64,000 nt of DNA from Eledone cirrhosa (Eukaryota), in assembly GCA_964016885.1 (NCBI GenBank), contig OZ024741.1, positions 131,254,001 to 131,318,000 on the forward strand. Reading direction: 5' to 3'. This document shows, one piece after another, positions 12,566 to 25,799 of the stretch (its first letter is position 1; each line of letters begins with the position of its first letter). A program made the position numbers and the translations under genes. The notes beneath the pieces were generated by a model. The model was not told the origin of the DNA. It saw nothing but the letters and a program-made list of their open reading frames with translations, and did no database searches.

Positions 12566-13694
12566 GTTAACAATAGATTATGTTAAGGTACTGGTGAGAT
12601 GGTGCTAGTGGTGGTTATGGAGGTTGTGGTGTTGGTGTTGGTGGTGCTGGTACTGGTGATGGTGATAGATGATTTTGGTGGTCGTGGTAATGATGCTGTG
12701 TTGATGATTGTAATGAGCTTATATTGATAGCCATGGTGTTGTTGCTGTTGTTTGAGGTCGGGGTGCTTATGGGGCTAATGATCGATTGGTGGGAGTAGTG
12801 ATGGCAGTGTTGATGGTGATGATGACTGTTGCGATCGTGGTTGTTGTGATGGAGATAGCTGTGGTGGTGTCGGTGGTGTTGGTGGTGTTGGTGGTGGGGA
12901 TGGTGATATTTATGATGGTTGTGGTGGTTATTGGTTGCTATTTCTGATGTTTTCGTTATTCAGACTTTTGACAATCCAGATCATGCAGACCAAGGGATAA
13001 AGTTTTTCCAACTATGACCATCACGGGATTTTTTCCAAACGTATACCGTCCAGAACTACGTTGTCAAATTTCCTTCCATTTTAAAGACAGTGAGGAGCTT
13101 CTTAGGGACATTTGGTTGCCATTTCTAGCATATCAAGCTACTGCATAGGGAACTCCCCAGTTTATAACTTTCATTCGGTCTCGGTTAAGATTTCCAAGTA
13201 TGATCTAAACCAGTAAGAGCAAACCCAATATTTGCTTACTCATTGAAAGTTGTAAAAAATGGGTTTAAATCATTTACATTTCGCAATTGATAACAGAATA
13301 TTGTAGGTATACTCCAATATTAGACATTTCTGATTGTCTATTATTCTTTGGGTTGCGCACAATTATATATATATATATATACACTTGGAGTCTGGTCTGG
13401 GGTGCTTCCCAGATCACGAGCCGGATGCCTGAGAAACATTTGTAACCGAGTTGAGCAATAAATCTCATATGTAACACCTCCACTTTGTTCTTATTATATA
13501 GACTCTGCTCTGCATCGAGTGCTGATATTGGTACTCTCACCAGTTTTCTTTGGACTTTCTGAACTTATATATATAAGTGTGGTGTGCTCTTATGCGCGGA
13601 GATATTATAAAACAGCTTATAAAATATGGTGAAAACCCTTCAGTCGGAAAAAGAAGTTGCCATCGGCAAATATATATATATATGTCTGTGTGTG

Positions 13695-13793
<99 letters not shown>

Positions 13794-14527
13794 CTCATAC
13801 GTAATACATAGGACGAAGGAACAAGAGCATCTAACTTCCTCAACGGCCACTCACCTACAATGCAATTTCATGCATATCCAAGAGCTGAGAGTTGCGAAAA
13901 ATAAATGCTTATGTTAGTTTGTCCCAGGTTTTCGATTTTTCTGCGTCTAACTTTCCTAATAATTATTATATATACTAATGATACACGTCCCATTTTTATT
14001 ATATACATGCATCCAATCATCCAAACATTCATCCATCCATCCATCCATCAATTCATAAGTACATACATATACATACATAGATAAATACACGATGACTGCC
14101 CTCTCGATATCGAGTATGGTCATTATTATAACATTATTAATAATGCTATCGTGCAATACGTGAGAGTGAAGATTTTTTTTAAAGTGGGGAAATACTGTGC
14201 ACTGAGCCAATCCCACTCTCTGAGCGACAGTAGCCGAAAAGAAGAAAAGTAACCCGAAAAGAAGAAAAGATCAACATCGCTGTAACTACTGAGCCGCAGG
14301 TTTTATGTCGGAGTTATCCCAGTTTCCTGAGTTGCCTTCTAGAAGAATGCCCAGACAACGGCTAGGGGTCCTTCACTCCCAGTGGTTTAACCGCGCGATC
14401 GGGTATCCAGTCCGATTATTTCTACATACATACACGCGTACATACATACATATTTACATACATACGTACATACATACAAACAAACAGACAGACTATCATA
14501 TGTACGTGCGTATATACGTATGTACAT

Positions 14528-14950
14528 TCAGGGTACGTTCAATAATGAGAAAAATATCAGGAGAGACATTACTTATTTTAGTAAGCTTACAAAACTGTGT
14601 CTCCTTCATAATAATAACATCTAGCATCTACAAACTTGCGCAGGCAGCTTCCCCAATCCTGGAAGACCTCCTCCCAGTCCTTCTTCTGAAGTCCCATCAG
14701 GACATTCGCCAATGCTTCCTTCAGCTCCTGTGTTGATTAAAATCTGATTTCCCTGAGGCTGTCTTTCATGCGTGGGAACAGGAAGAAGTTACAAGGAACC
14801 AGGTCGGGCCTGTTGATCATGCAGATGGTCACCAGCATTGACTGGTGGCAAGGGTCATTGTCCTGGTGGAACCGCCACTCTCCACTGCTGTGGCCACTTC
14901 TTCTTCACCCTCTCCTTTCACCTATTCCGAATTTTAAGGAAGATGTCAGT
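14528..14950 (-). mobile_element. Tc1/mariner transposase C-terminal remnant
   Basis: Minus-strand WRFHQDNDPCH (HHDNAPAH-like) and NRPDLVPCNFFLFPRMK (YSPDLAPCDFFLFP-like). TIR-like cagggtacgttcaataa near 14529. Confidence 0.8.
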
Positions 14951-15047
14951 TAGTCACTTCATAAATTATATGCAAGTCTACTTCACCACGAGGTAACATT
15001 CTAATTGAATATCAAATGTCTTTCCTGGAATCTTCTCATTACGTATT

Positions 15048-15113
<66 letters not shown>

Positions 15114-15405
15114 ATATATATATATATATATTACTTGAGAATACCAAAAACACACAGAGGTTTGTTGGAATAGACCCTGAGAACATTCAAAACAAGAACA
15201 CAAGAGGTCATGCTGGTTCTCTGGGTGACATTTGATTTTAGTCATCTTGATTACTATTCCAAATTGTAGCCACCATAAACATTTATGTTCAGAACAGGAC
15301 ACAATGCAAAGGAAATACACAGCAGGAATGATTCTCCGCACCAAACTAGTAATAGGAATAGTGCTAAAATATAAACAAGACTGCTGCACTGTGTAAACAA
15401 TTTTT

Positions 15406-15456
15406 TTCCACTGATGAGATTGAATTAACAATCGAAACATGGTTCCATGTCCGGGA
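15406..15456 (+). ncRNA. Type I hammerhead ribozyme
   Basis: CTGATGA 15411-15417, stem II gattg/caatc, GAAA 15434-15437, stem III acatgg/ccatgt, GUC triplet, stem I ttcca/cggga with one mismatch. Confidence 0.8.
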
Positions 15457-15649
15457 TATATTGATAGTTGTTTTAATATTTATATTAGCCGTTCCTAGTG
15501 CATTTTTTATGTAGGAAATAGTTGGAACAGGTAGATAGTATCAGCAATGGAAAGCCCTGTGAAAACATTGTTACCTTGGTCTAATTTGACAAGTTTCACC
15601 CCACTCAATTCGATCAATTGGATCAAATCGATATTAAATTACATTATTA

Positions 15650-15704
15650 TTAGTACCAGTAATGTACTGGGTAATTGCTGGCCTTGTGCCTAAAAGTAGA
15701 AACA

Positions 15705-15782
<78 letters not shown>
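15650..15782 (+). mobile_element. SINE 3' fragment with long (ATT)n tail
   Basis: gtaccagtaatgtactgggtaattgctggccttgtgcctaaaagtagaaacaattattatt... Confidence 0.8.
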
Positions 15783-18050
15783 GGCGACCTACGTAGTAAA
15801 TCGTATCATCGTGAGCTCCGCAAAGGTTTGTTATTTCCGTTTGTTAAAAATAGCCATTTATGGAAAATTTTTATTGTTAACCATATATAAGCGCACATAC
15901 ATTGTTTTCCGAAAAGGACACCCAAAAAGATTGGGGCCTTGTGCCCAAAATTTAAACTTTTATTATTATCAAAAAATTTCTTTGAAAATAAAATGGCTAA
16001 TTCACCTCTGCACCAAGCAGCTGAAAGTCTTCCTCACAAATTAACACCTCACACCGACACCACCATTGTAAATGTTACTACGTTTGCCAACACTAAAAAA
16101 AATATAAGCAGTAGCAATATTTTAAATTTGTCTCAGGCAGACATTCATTTCCCGCCATTACCAATGATTGCAGGTGTTAAAGCCTCCACTACCACCACCA
16201 CCGCGACAACCACCACCCCCACCACCACCGCAACAACAGAAACAAAAGGAAAAAATAAATCAACTCGTGATGTCGAAATATTTTCAACCGAAATGGACTC
16301 TCCCAAACCGACTTTCACTGACGTCACCACCACCACAGCTGAAACTAAAATTAATAATAACAAAAATAACGATAGCAACAACAACAACGACATTAAAAAA
16401 ACCACCCTGAGTTTTGCCAGAGTAGCAAAACAGTTCGAAGCATTTACGGTAACTCAGGAGGATTTAGAAAATGTCAAACAAATGGTAAAGAAAGATGGGT
16501 ACAGGGTCAGCCCCCCCCCCCCCACCTAATAAAATGGAGCATCGGCGCCTATGCACCGTGTCGTATCGAACAATAAATGTAAAATCGCGCCGAGTGGAAC
16601 GGGCATCCGAGTCCCAAATCCAAAAAGCTTTGGGACATGTGTGGGCAAGAAAAACCCACATCAGACGTGGGCAGAAGTATGGAACCGTGGACGTGTTCTT
16701 TGAAACACCAGAGGAGGCTAGAGAACACTCCATGGCCCCATTAAGAAGTGACGACTTCACACTCGTCCCAAGCTATTGTGGCCAGAGACTCGTAAAGATC
16801 AGGGTGACCCACGTTCCACCGGCCATCGAAATTCCCTGGCTAATAGCGGCCGTCCTCGCCGGCATCGAAGCCAACACAAAGAAAATAACAATAGCAAAAG
16901 AAAAGCAGGAGAACTGGTCCGGATCTGGGATGGAGCTCCTGATCCAAGCGGATCAAAAAAGCATTGAGGAGATCCCAGAGGTAATAGACCTCACTGACGG
17001 CAGCCACCTCACCGTAATTGTCGAGGGCAGAAGGCCTAGGTGTGTCGTTTGTGGTGAAGGAACCCACCTAAGGGCTTTCTGCCCTCAGGCTAAAAGGTTG
17101 AGGCCACCTCTCCTACCCACCCCAGTGACTCAACCATCAGCACCACCAGTAGCAGAGATGGCAGCAACAACTGTAGCAGCAACAACAGAAGCAACTATAA
17201 CAGCAACAACCCCAGCAACAGTAGCAAAACCAACACCACCACCACCAGTAAAACCAGCACCACCACCACCCAACGCTTCAGAACTAGCACCAACGCCTAC
17301 CCCATCCACCACGCCACAACCAAAACTAACGCCTGTGGAGGATTTTCCACTCCCCGGCCTATCACAACTGGAGACAGATTGTGACGACGAGGAGTGGAAA
17401 CGGTATCAGGAAAAAAAAAAAGAAACCAAAAAAGAAAAAATTCTCTTCCTTCCCCCTCCAAAAACAAAATACAGAGGGAAACAAATAAATTAACAAACAA
17501 AAAAGTTAGGACAGATATGCCACCATCCACACCAGCATCACCAACCCCATCAACCCAAACACCAACACCATCACCATCATTAACCCCAACACCACCATCA
17601 CCAACACCACAAAAGTCACCAAAATGCGAAACAGAAACAAACCCACAACAAACGCAAACAAAACAAAACAACCAAAACGATACACACTATACAGCATTAA
17701 ATTTGAACAACAAGCAATTATTACACTACATCCAACACAACACCAGCATCACAGAAAAAGACTACACAACAACCCCAAAATTCACACCACCTCCACACAT
17801 ACAATTCACTCGCATCACACAGAAAACGTACATGACACTAAAACAAAAATTCCCCAAAGACATCGGAGACTTCCGACAAGCACTCTCCAGGAGGAGTTAT
17901 AAGGACATCCTTCCTAGGAGGCCACAAGCAGTGAAAAGGATGGAAAAACCGTCCTTCCCCTACGAGAAGTAAGGTAAGTGGTCTTTCCCATCTTTTCCAC
18001 ACCTTTTCAACATGACCTCACTCAGAATAGGCAGCATAAATGCGCGTGGC
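15783..18050 (+). mobile_element. Tx1/L1-like LINE 5' part: ORF1 (zinc knuckle) and start of ORF2
   Basis: ORF1 pieces from ATG 15993 to 17972, split at a poly-C (about 16511-16523) and a poly-A (about 17411-17421). CX2CX4HX4C knuckle CVVCGEGTHLRAFC. ORF2 start MTSLRIGSINARG at 18012 resembles an APE N-terminus and is then truncated. Confidence 0.8.
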
Positions 18051-18500
18051 TCCTGCAACTCTTGCACTTAATTCAGCCTTCTGCCTTCCATCATTCGAGA
18101 ACACGGCCCCGAGATACTTGAACTTCACCTACTTCAGTGGAACTCCATTCACATGTTGAGTGTACTGCGCTGGCTTCCTTGAGAGGACGAATGTCTCAGT
18201 TTTTGCACCACTAATTTTCAATCCAGCCATGCAGCACTTGGTATCAAACCTATCAAATGCAAGTCGAAGATCGTCTTGTCGCATTAAATAACATCAAGTC
18301 GTCTGCAAATTCAATCCGACTGATTTTACAACTGCCAGTCGCGATACCACTCCATCCCGGCTTAAAATAATGACCAGGAGACGTGACAATACGCACTCTT
18401 GGCGGCTTCCGACTCCCACATTGAACAGCTTCGATTTAGCACCATTTATCCGAACACAAATGCTCGGACATTCGTATAGAGACATCAAGTCTTTAGACAT
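18050..18500 (-). mobile_element. RTE LINE RT fragment
   Basis: CVRINGAKSKLFNVGVGSRQECVLS. Homologous to 31540-31970. Confidence 0.75.
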
Positions 18501-18811
18501 TGATGTTTAAATTGTAACAACGTTCATTAACATTTTAAGACCTTCTTCACCTCATCTTCTGAATGTAGTGATGCTAGTGGCTCGTCATTGGTGCGTTTGG
18601 TAGTAGAAAATAATGAATCATGGATAATGATGCTGTAACTGATAAAATCATCGGCACGTCTAGGTTTAAAATTGTTTAACGGATAACTCCTGATTAGTTT
18701 CACTGTCTATTCTAACATATGAACCCATGATGATTATTGTTCCAAGGTAAGCTACTCAATAGCCATAGTTCCATACCTTTCGACCAGCTTTCTAATACTT
18801 AAACATGTGAA

Positions 18812-18930
18812 AGCACGTGGCTTAGTGGTTAGAAAATTGGATTCGCAATTGCGAGGTTGTGAGTTTGATTTCCAGACCGCGTGATGCGTTATGTCCTTGA
18901 GAAAGACACTTTATTTCACGCTGCTCTTTC
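18812..18930 (+). mobile_element. Second tRNA-derived SINE family (CORE-like body)
   Basis: A-box-like tggcttagtggtt, B-box-like gagtttgatt, body tgtccttgagaaagacacttta. Related to 37750-37825. Confidence 0.6.
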
Positions 18931-19061
18931 TGCCAGGGTTGCGACTGATAGATAGTATCAGCATATGGAAAGATCAATGGAAACATGAGTTCCACCCCAC
19001 TCAGTAAGCAAATGAGGTCTGACATTTTGTTGATCGATCCCTCAACATCCAATACATGTAT

Positions 19062-19163
19062 TTGGCGGCGAATTGGCAGACTTGTTAAGGCGTCGGATTA
19101 AAACAGACCTCGGTATTTGTTCCGGTTCTGAGTTCAAATCCTGCCGAGCAGAAATTTGCCTGT

Positions 19164-19165
<2 letters not shown>
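19062..19165 (+). mobile_element. SINE 5' fragment
   Basis: ggcggcgaattggcaga...gagttcaaatcctgccgag. Confidence 0.7.
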
Positions 19166-19232
<67 letters not shown>

Positions 19233-19469
19233 GTCGGCTATATTCCGAGATGGAGAGAGATGGTTTCTGATCGGTTTTAAAATGCCCAGGTTAAGCCCTG
19301 TGTCAAGACGGCTGCCCTACGACTCTATCAGGATTTGAGAGCCATTTACCACTAAAAAGATATCTGTAATACTTCCTAGAACTCCTTCAGCCATCTGCTT
19401 TAGAAATCGCTGTTGTTCATGACGATGGCGACCAGGTTGGAGGGTAATAGAGGTGATGATGATAGTTCT

Positions 19470-19642
19470 TGGGCTTGTATCGGACGCCATGCTTTCGAAC
19501 ATAGTTACGTCCATTTAAGATCTGAGTTCAAATCCCGCCGAGGTTGACGTTGCCTTTCATCCTTACGGGGTCGATAAAATAAAGTACCAGTAATGCACAG
19601 GGTAATTGCTGGCCTTGTGCCTAAAGTAGAAACAATTATTAT
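19470..19642 (+). mobile_element. SINE
   Basis: Same body as 11780 and 39517. Confidence 0.85.
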
Positions 19643-19749
19643 ATATAAGATGGTTTTGATGATGATGATGATGATGGTTGTGAGGTATTAGCGACGTGCG
19701 AGTGATTTTGCATTTGTTATGATAGTATTGGAGTGTTAGTCGGAGTATT

Positions 19750-21570
19750 GATGGTAATGGAGGTGTTGATGGTGGTAATGGTGTTGATGGTGGGGTTGGT
19801 GGCATTTGTGGTGGCCGTGGTGAAGTTAGTGTTGTTGTTGGTGGTGGTGTTGGTATTGTTGATGGTGTAGTGGTGATGGTTGTGGTGCTGTTTGTGCTGC
19901 TGCTGGTGACGGTGAGTATGGTTTGGTGGTGGTAATGGTGGTGGTGGTGTTGCTGTTGGTGGTGGTGGTGGTGGTGGTGGTTTGTTGGTGGTAGTGGTGG
20001 TGATGGCGTTGCTGTTGGTGATAGTTGTGTTGGTGGTGGTGGTGTTGGTGATAGTGGTGTTGGTGATGGTGAGGGTGCTTTGGTGGTGGTAATGGTGGTG
20101 GTGTTACTGTTGGTGGTGGTGGTATTGGTGGTGGTGTTGTTGGTGATAGTGGTGGTGGTGGTGGTGGTGGTGAGGGTGGTTTGGTGGTGGTAGTTGTGGT
20201 GGTGGTGTTGCTGTTGATGCTGGTGGTGGTGGTGTTGCTGTTGATGCTGCTGCTGGTGTTGCTGTTGGTGTTGGTGGTGGTGGTGGTGGTGTTGTTGGTG
20301 ATAGTGGTGTTGGTGATGGTGAGTATGGTTTGGTGGTGGTAGTGGTGGTGGTGGTGTTGCTGTTGGTGGTGGTGGTGTTGGTGGTGGTGTTGTTGGTGAT
20401 AGTGGTGTTGGTGATGGTAGTGGTGGTGGTGGTGGTGGTGAGGGTGGTTTGGTGGTGGTAATGGTGGTGGTGTTGCTGTTGGTGGTGGTGGTGTTGGTGA
20501 TAGTGGTGTTGGTGATGGTGAGTATGGTTTGGTGGTGGTAGTGGTGGTGGTGTTGCTGTTGGTGTTGGTGGTGTTGGTGGTGGTGTTGTTGGTGATAGTG
20601 GTGTTGGTGATGGTGAGTATGGTTTGGTGGTGGTAGTGGTGGTGGTGGTGTTGCTGTTGGTTATTGGTGGTGTTGGTGGTGGTGGTGGTGGTGATAGTGG
20701 TGTTGGTGATGGTGAGTATGGTTTGGTGGTGGTAGTGGTGGTGGTGGTGTTGCTGTTGGTTATTGGTGGTGTTGGTGGTGGTGTTGTTGGTGATAGTGGT
20801 GTTGGTGATGGTGAGTATGGTTTGGTGGTGGTAGTGGTGGTGGTGGTGTTGCTGTTGGTTATTGGTGGTGTTGGTGGTGGTGTTGTTGGTGATAGTGGTG
20901 TTGGTGATGGTGAGTATGGTTTGGTGGTGGTAGTGGTGGTGGTGGTGCTGCTGTTGGTTATTGGTGGTGTTGGTGGTGGTGGTGTTGGTGATAGTGGTGT
21001 TGGTGATGGTGAGGGTGGTTTGGTGGTGGTGTTGCTGTTGGTGTTGCTGTTGGTGTTGGTGGTGTTGGTGGTGTTGGTGTTGCTGTTGGTGACAGTGGTA
21101 GGGGTGTTGGTGACGGTGAAATTGGTGTTGTTTTGTTAGTGGTGGTTTGGTGGTGGTGATAGTGGTGCTGATGGTGTTGGTGGTGGGGTTGATGGTGATA
21201 GTGGTGTGCGTGATGGTGGTATTGGTGTTGGTGATGGTGTTTGTGTTGGTGGTATTGGTGTTGTATATGATTATGGTGCTTTGGTTGTGGTGGTGGTGGT
21301 GGTGGTGGGCTTGAGGGTGATAGTGGTGTCGGTGATGGTGGTATTAGTGTTGGTGATGGTGTTTGTGTTGGTGGTATTGATGTTATTGTCGGCTATGGTG
21401 GAGTGTTGGTGGTAGCGGTAGTGTTGTGTTGATGGTGGTGGTGATGGTGGTCGTTGTATTGGTAGTGATAGTGGTATTGTTGTTGTTGGTGACGGTACTA
21501 TGGTTTTGTTGTTGGTGTCAATAATGTATTGTTTGTGGCGGTGTTGTTGGTATTGTTAGTCTTGGTGGTG
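19750..21570. repeat. GGT-rich low-complexity minisatellite with about 99-bp units at about 20590-21010
   Basis: Repeated ggtgatagtggtgttggtgatggtgagtatggtttgg unit. Confidence 0.9.
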
Positions 21571-22289
21571 GTGTCGATGATGTTTATGTCAATATGCTTG
21601 CGTCTGCGAGATTCTGTATAGATATGTGCAAACGTAAAAATGCATAGGAATGTTTGTATGTGTGTATGCGCGCGGCAAAGTGTGTATGTGTGTTTGCATG
21701 CGAGCATGCATATATGTGTGTGTGTGTGTGAATACATCTATGCATGTATGTCAGCATGAGAGTGTGTGTTTGTGTTTATTTGTTTGTCTGCGTTAGGGTG
21801 GATGTGTGTGTGCATCTACATATGGGTGTATATGTGTGTACAGCTGTACGTGCATGACAACGTGTCAGTGTCAGTATATATATATGTGTGTGTTGTGTGA
21901 ACAAGTATTACAGCTGCAATGAAATGCACAGGTGCCCTACGGCTAATGCATGAATGTCAGTTCTCAAGTTGCAGTGACAGACTGGAATGTCAGACTCCAT
22001 CACCACCAATACTATTCCCCCGCCACTACCACAACACAAAACCTAACCCCCGCTCACAACAACACAAACTCCAAACCCCCCACCACCACAACACAAACCA
22101 TCACTCCCACCCACAACAACACAAACTCCATTACCACCACCACTCTTACTCCCCACAACCACCACCACTACCTCTCCAGAACCACCACAACTACTACCCC
22201 CTCCCCCACACACAAATCTCAAATCAACTACTCCACAATCATTAAGTATCGGGTTCGTACCCATTTCGTGATATCTTAGGCAAGTGTCA

Positions 22290-22480
22290 TTTTCTTTTCC
22301 TAATAGTCCCATGCAAGGCGTGAAACCACTTAGTGTAAAAGACTATGAAGAAGGAGGAATTAAGACAAAAGGAATGAATTTAATTTAGACTTGAAAAAGT
22401 TCAGGTCATAAGAATGAAGAAAAGTCATAAGAATGAGGTCCAAAGTCTGGCGGTTCGAAGGAAAACGCCGTTGAAAGACT
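22290..22480 (-). mobile_element. Jockey/CR1-group LINE 3' end remnant
   Basis: Minus-strand VFLRTARLWTS...SYDLNFFKSKLNSF resembles the FFPRTARLWNSL...YDL..FK C-terminal motif. Confidence 0.55.
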
Positions 22481-22744
22481 TCACTAGTAATTGTATGGAA
22501 GACCGATGGATGGACCCTCAAAGTACAACTTTGCAACACATTGTATCACGCTGAATTTTTCTGAGATGTACGTTATGGGTGAACTAGTCTGTGAAATGTT
22601 CAACCACTTACATGTTAAAGTCATTAACAGGACGTTTCATGGATAGAACAAGTGCAACACTCATTATCAAATACTCAAAAGAGATGGTGGTTCATTCAAA
22701 TCAAATGCTTTTTACGGAATTATTTGTTTTTAAATATGGGTACA

Positions 22745-22910
22745 ATATACTATATATAATTGGGGTGATAGTTTCTAAAAATTGGGAGTATTTTGTACAA
22801 CATATATTTGAGGTAATAGTTTCTAAACATTCAGGGTATTTTGTACAAGATAGTTGAGGTAATAGTTTCTTAAAGATAGGAGTATTTTGTACAATATATA
22901 TTTGAAGTGA
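22745..22910. repeat. About 35-39-bp tandem repeat x3
   Basis: gtaatagtttct...gtattttgtacaa repeated. Confidence 0.75.
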
Positions 22911-23323
22911 TATATATGCCATGTGATTTGAGGGTTCAGCGCCACTAAATTGGTCGAAAAGAAGTTTGAGATAAAAGTTAGCAAACGACCATAAGACTGC
23001 TGAGTCAGTAATAATCAAGGGGTATACACCACCACCACCGCCACCACCATCACCACCACCATCACAACCATCAACACCACCACAGCCATCACCACAACCA
23101 TCACCGCCATCAACACCCTCCGACAACACCACCACCACCATCACTGCAACCAACACCTCCACCAACACCAACACCATCACCACAACCATCACCGCCATCA
23201 ACACCTCCACCAACACCACCAAAACTATCAACAACATCGACAACAACAGCATTATGTACAGTACCACCACCACCACCAACAACAATCACAACTTCCGCCA
23301 ACAACAAAAACACTATGAACATC

Positions 23324-23344
<21 letters not shown>

Positions 23345-23354
<10 letters not shown>

Positions 23355-23545
23355 TTAATAGGACTATTTGTTCCGTGCCCCCGCTTTAAGCTACATCCCC
23401 CACAAAAAAACAACAACATTAATAGGATTACATGTCCCGTGCTCCTGTTTAAGTTACACGCCCCACAAAAAACAACAACAACAACAACATTAATAGGACT
23501 ATTTGTTCCGTGCCCCTGATTTAAGCTACACTCCCCACAAAAAGA
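23345..23545. repeat. About 60-bp tandem repeat x3
   Basis: aacaacattaatagga...gtgcccc..tttaag.tacac.ccccacaaaaa repeated. Confidence 0.8.
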
Positions 23546-23548
23546 ACA

Positions 23549-24285
23549 TTCTGAGTTCAAATCCAGCCGAGGTTAAGTTTGCCTTTCATCCTTACGGGGT
23601 CGATAAAATAAAGTACCAGTAATGTACTGGTTAATTGCTGGGCTTGTGCCAATAGTAGAAACAATTATTACTACTACAAATACGACAACAGCAACAACAA
23701 CTACTGTTACTACTAAAACTACTATTAATACTAATAATTGTTTCTACGTTTGGCATAAGGCCAGCAATTACCCAGTACATTACTGGTACTTTATTTTATC
23801 GACCCCGTAAGGATGAAAGGCAAAGTTAACCTCGGCGGGATTTGAACTCAGAATGGCAAGGGCCGTAACTCTATACGTCAAAGCATGGCGTCCGACCCTC
23901 TACCGATATGATTTCATTTATTGGCCACAAGGGCCGATATATAGGGGACAATACAAAAGACTGGGACAGTGGGGTTTTACAGAAAAATCGAGTAAACAAT
24001 ATGAATAACAATAACAAAGTAACAATAAAAATACAACAAGAAAAATTGCCCAATAGGGAGGATGACCACCAGGGTTCGCTGAGGTACCCCACCAATCCTG
24101 AACGAACACTATTAGTACTAATAATAAGAATTGTTTCTACTTTAGGCACAAGGCTAGTAACTTCTTTTTTGGGGGTGGGGGGAGTTGATTAAATCGACCC
24201 CAGAGCATTACTGGTGCTTTATTTTATCAACCCCATAAGACTGGAAGTCAAAGTTAACCACGGCGGGATTTGAACGCATAACGTC
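23549..24285. mobile_element. SINE cluster: + copy 23549-23670, - copies 23735-23905 and 24128-24285
   Basis: Shared SINE body in both orientations. Confidence 0.85.
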
Positions 24286-24329
24286 ATACTGCGGCTACTA
24301 ATACTATTTCCACCGCCACTACTGCCCAA

Positions 24330-24391
<62 letters not shown>

Positions 24392-24600
24392 ACCTTCTGT
24401 CTGGTCAAGAACCTATCAGTTATGTGTTTAACACAGAGCGGAATGTAACGTAATGACATAAACAGTTGCTGTCATATATATATATATATGTGCTCTGTGC
24501 ATTGTGCACCAAATGCATTACATCTGAGGCAGCATAAACAATTGCTATAACATAAGTAGTGGGAAGTAGTTTACTTTAAAATTATTATGTTATTATTCAC

Positions 24601-24671
<71 letters not shown>

Positions 24672-24833
24672 TACGCACACACATATATATATATAAACAT
24701 ATATATATACATACATACACATATATATATGTGTTTATATGTGTTTATGTGTGTATGCGTATGTGTATGTAACTATGCATATTATATGCACACACACACA
24801 CACATATATATATATACATATATATATGTATGC

Positions 24834-24887
<54 letters not shown>

Positions 24888-24897
24888 ATATGTATGC

Positions 24898-24933
<36 letters not shown>

Positions 24934-25409
24934 GCGTAGTGTAGCAATCGGATGTGCAGAAACATTGGGAATTCAAATTTGGTGTTAATTGAGCATGTAT
25001 TGCACTGACTTGCATACGTTATGTCATGTCACAGCGAATGCAAGGTTTGCCATATAGTATTACAAGATATTTCCCAATATACACATTCATACATACACAC
25101 ATGCACACATACATATATACATACATATATACATACACATACATGTATACATACATATATACACGCATACATACAAACATATATACATATATATATACAT
25201 ACATATATACATACATGCATTCATACATACATATATCCATACGTACATAAATACATTCATTTATATATACATACATGCATATATACAAAAATTATACAAA
25301 CATTATACAGACATATATACAAATATTATACAAATATTATGCAAACATAATTACATATATGCACGCATACATATATATATAGACATACATACATATATAC
25401 ATTCATACA

Positions 25410-25447
<38 letters not shown>

Positions 25448-25576
25448 TACATGCATACGTACATACAAATATTATAGAAACATACATACATACAAATATT
25501 ATACAAAAATTATATACATACATATATATATAAACATACATATGCACATATATACAGACAAACATAAATGCATGCA

Positions 25577-25617
<41 letters not shown>

Positions 25618-25621
<4 letters not shown>

Positions 25622-25679
25622 GAGTTGGCAGCCACCATGTATGTATGTATATATACGTATGTATGTTTATCTTTATGTA

Positions 25680-25737
<58 letters not shown>

Positions 25738-25799
25738 TACATAAAGATAAACATACATACGTATATATACATACATACATGGTGGCTGCCAACTCGTTT
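25618..25799. repeat. Palindrome centred on a (TA)n tract
   Basis: aaacgagttggcagccaccatgtatg... / ...catacatggtggctgccaactcgttt. Confidence 0.9.

Noticed and set aside
23345-23545. Short regular repeats as a CRISPR array
   Set aside because: Eukaryotic context, no unique spacers and no cas genes. It is a plain tandem repeat.
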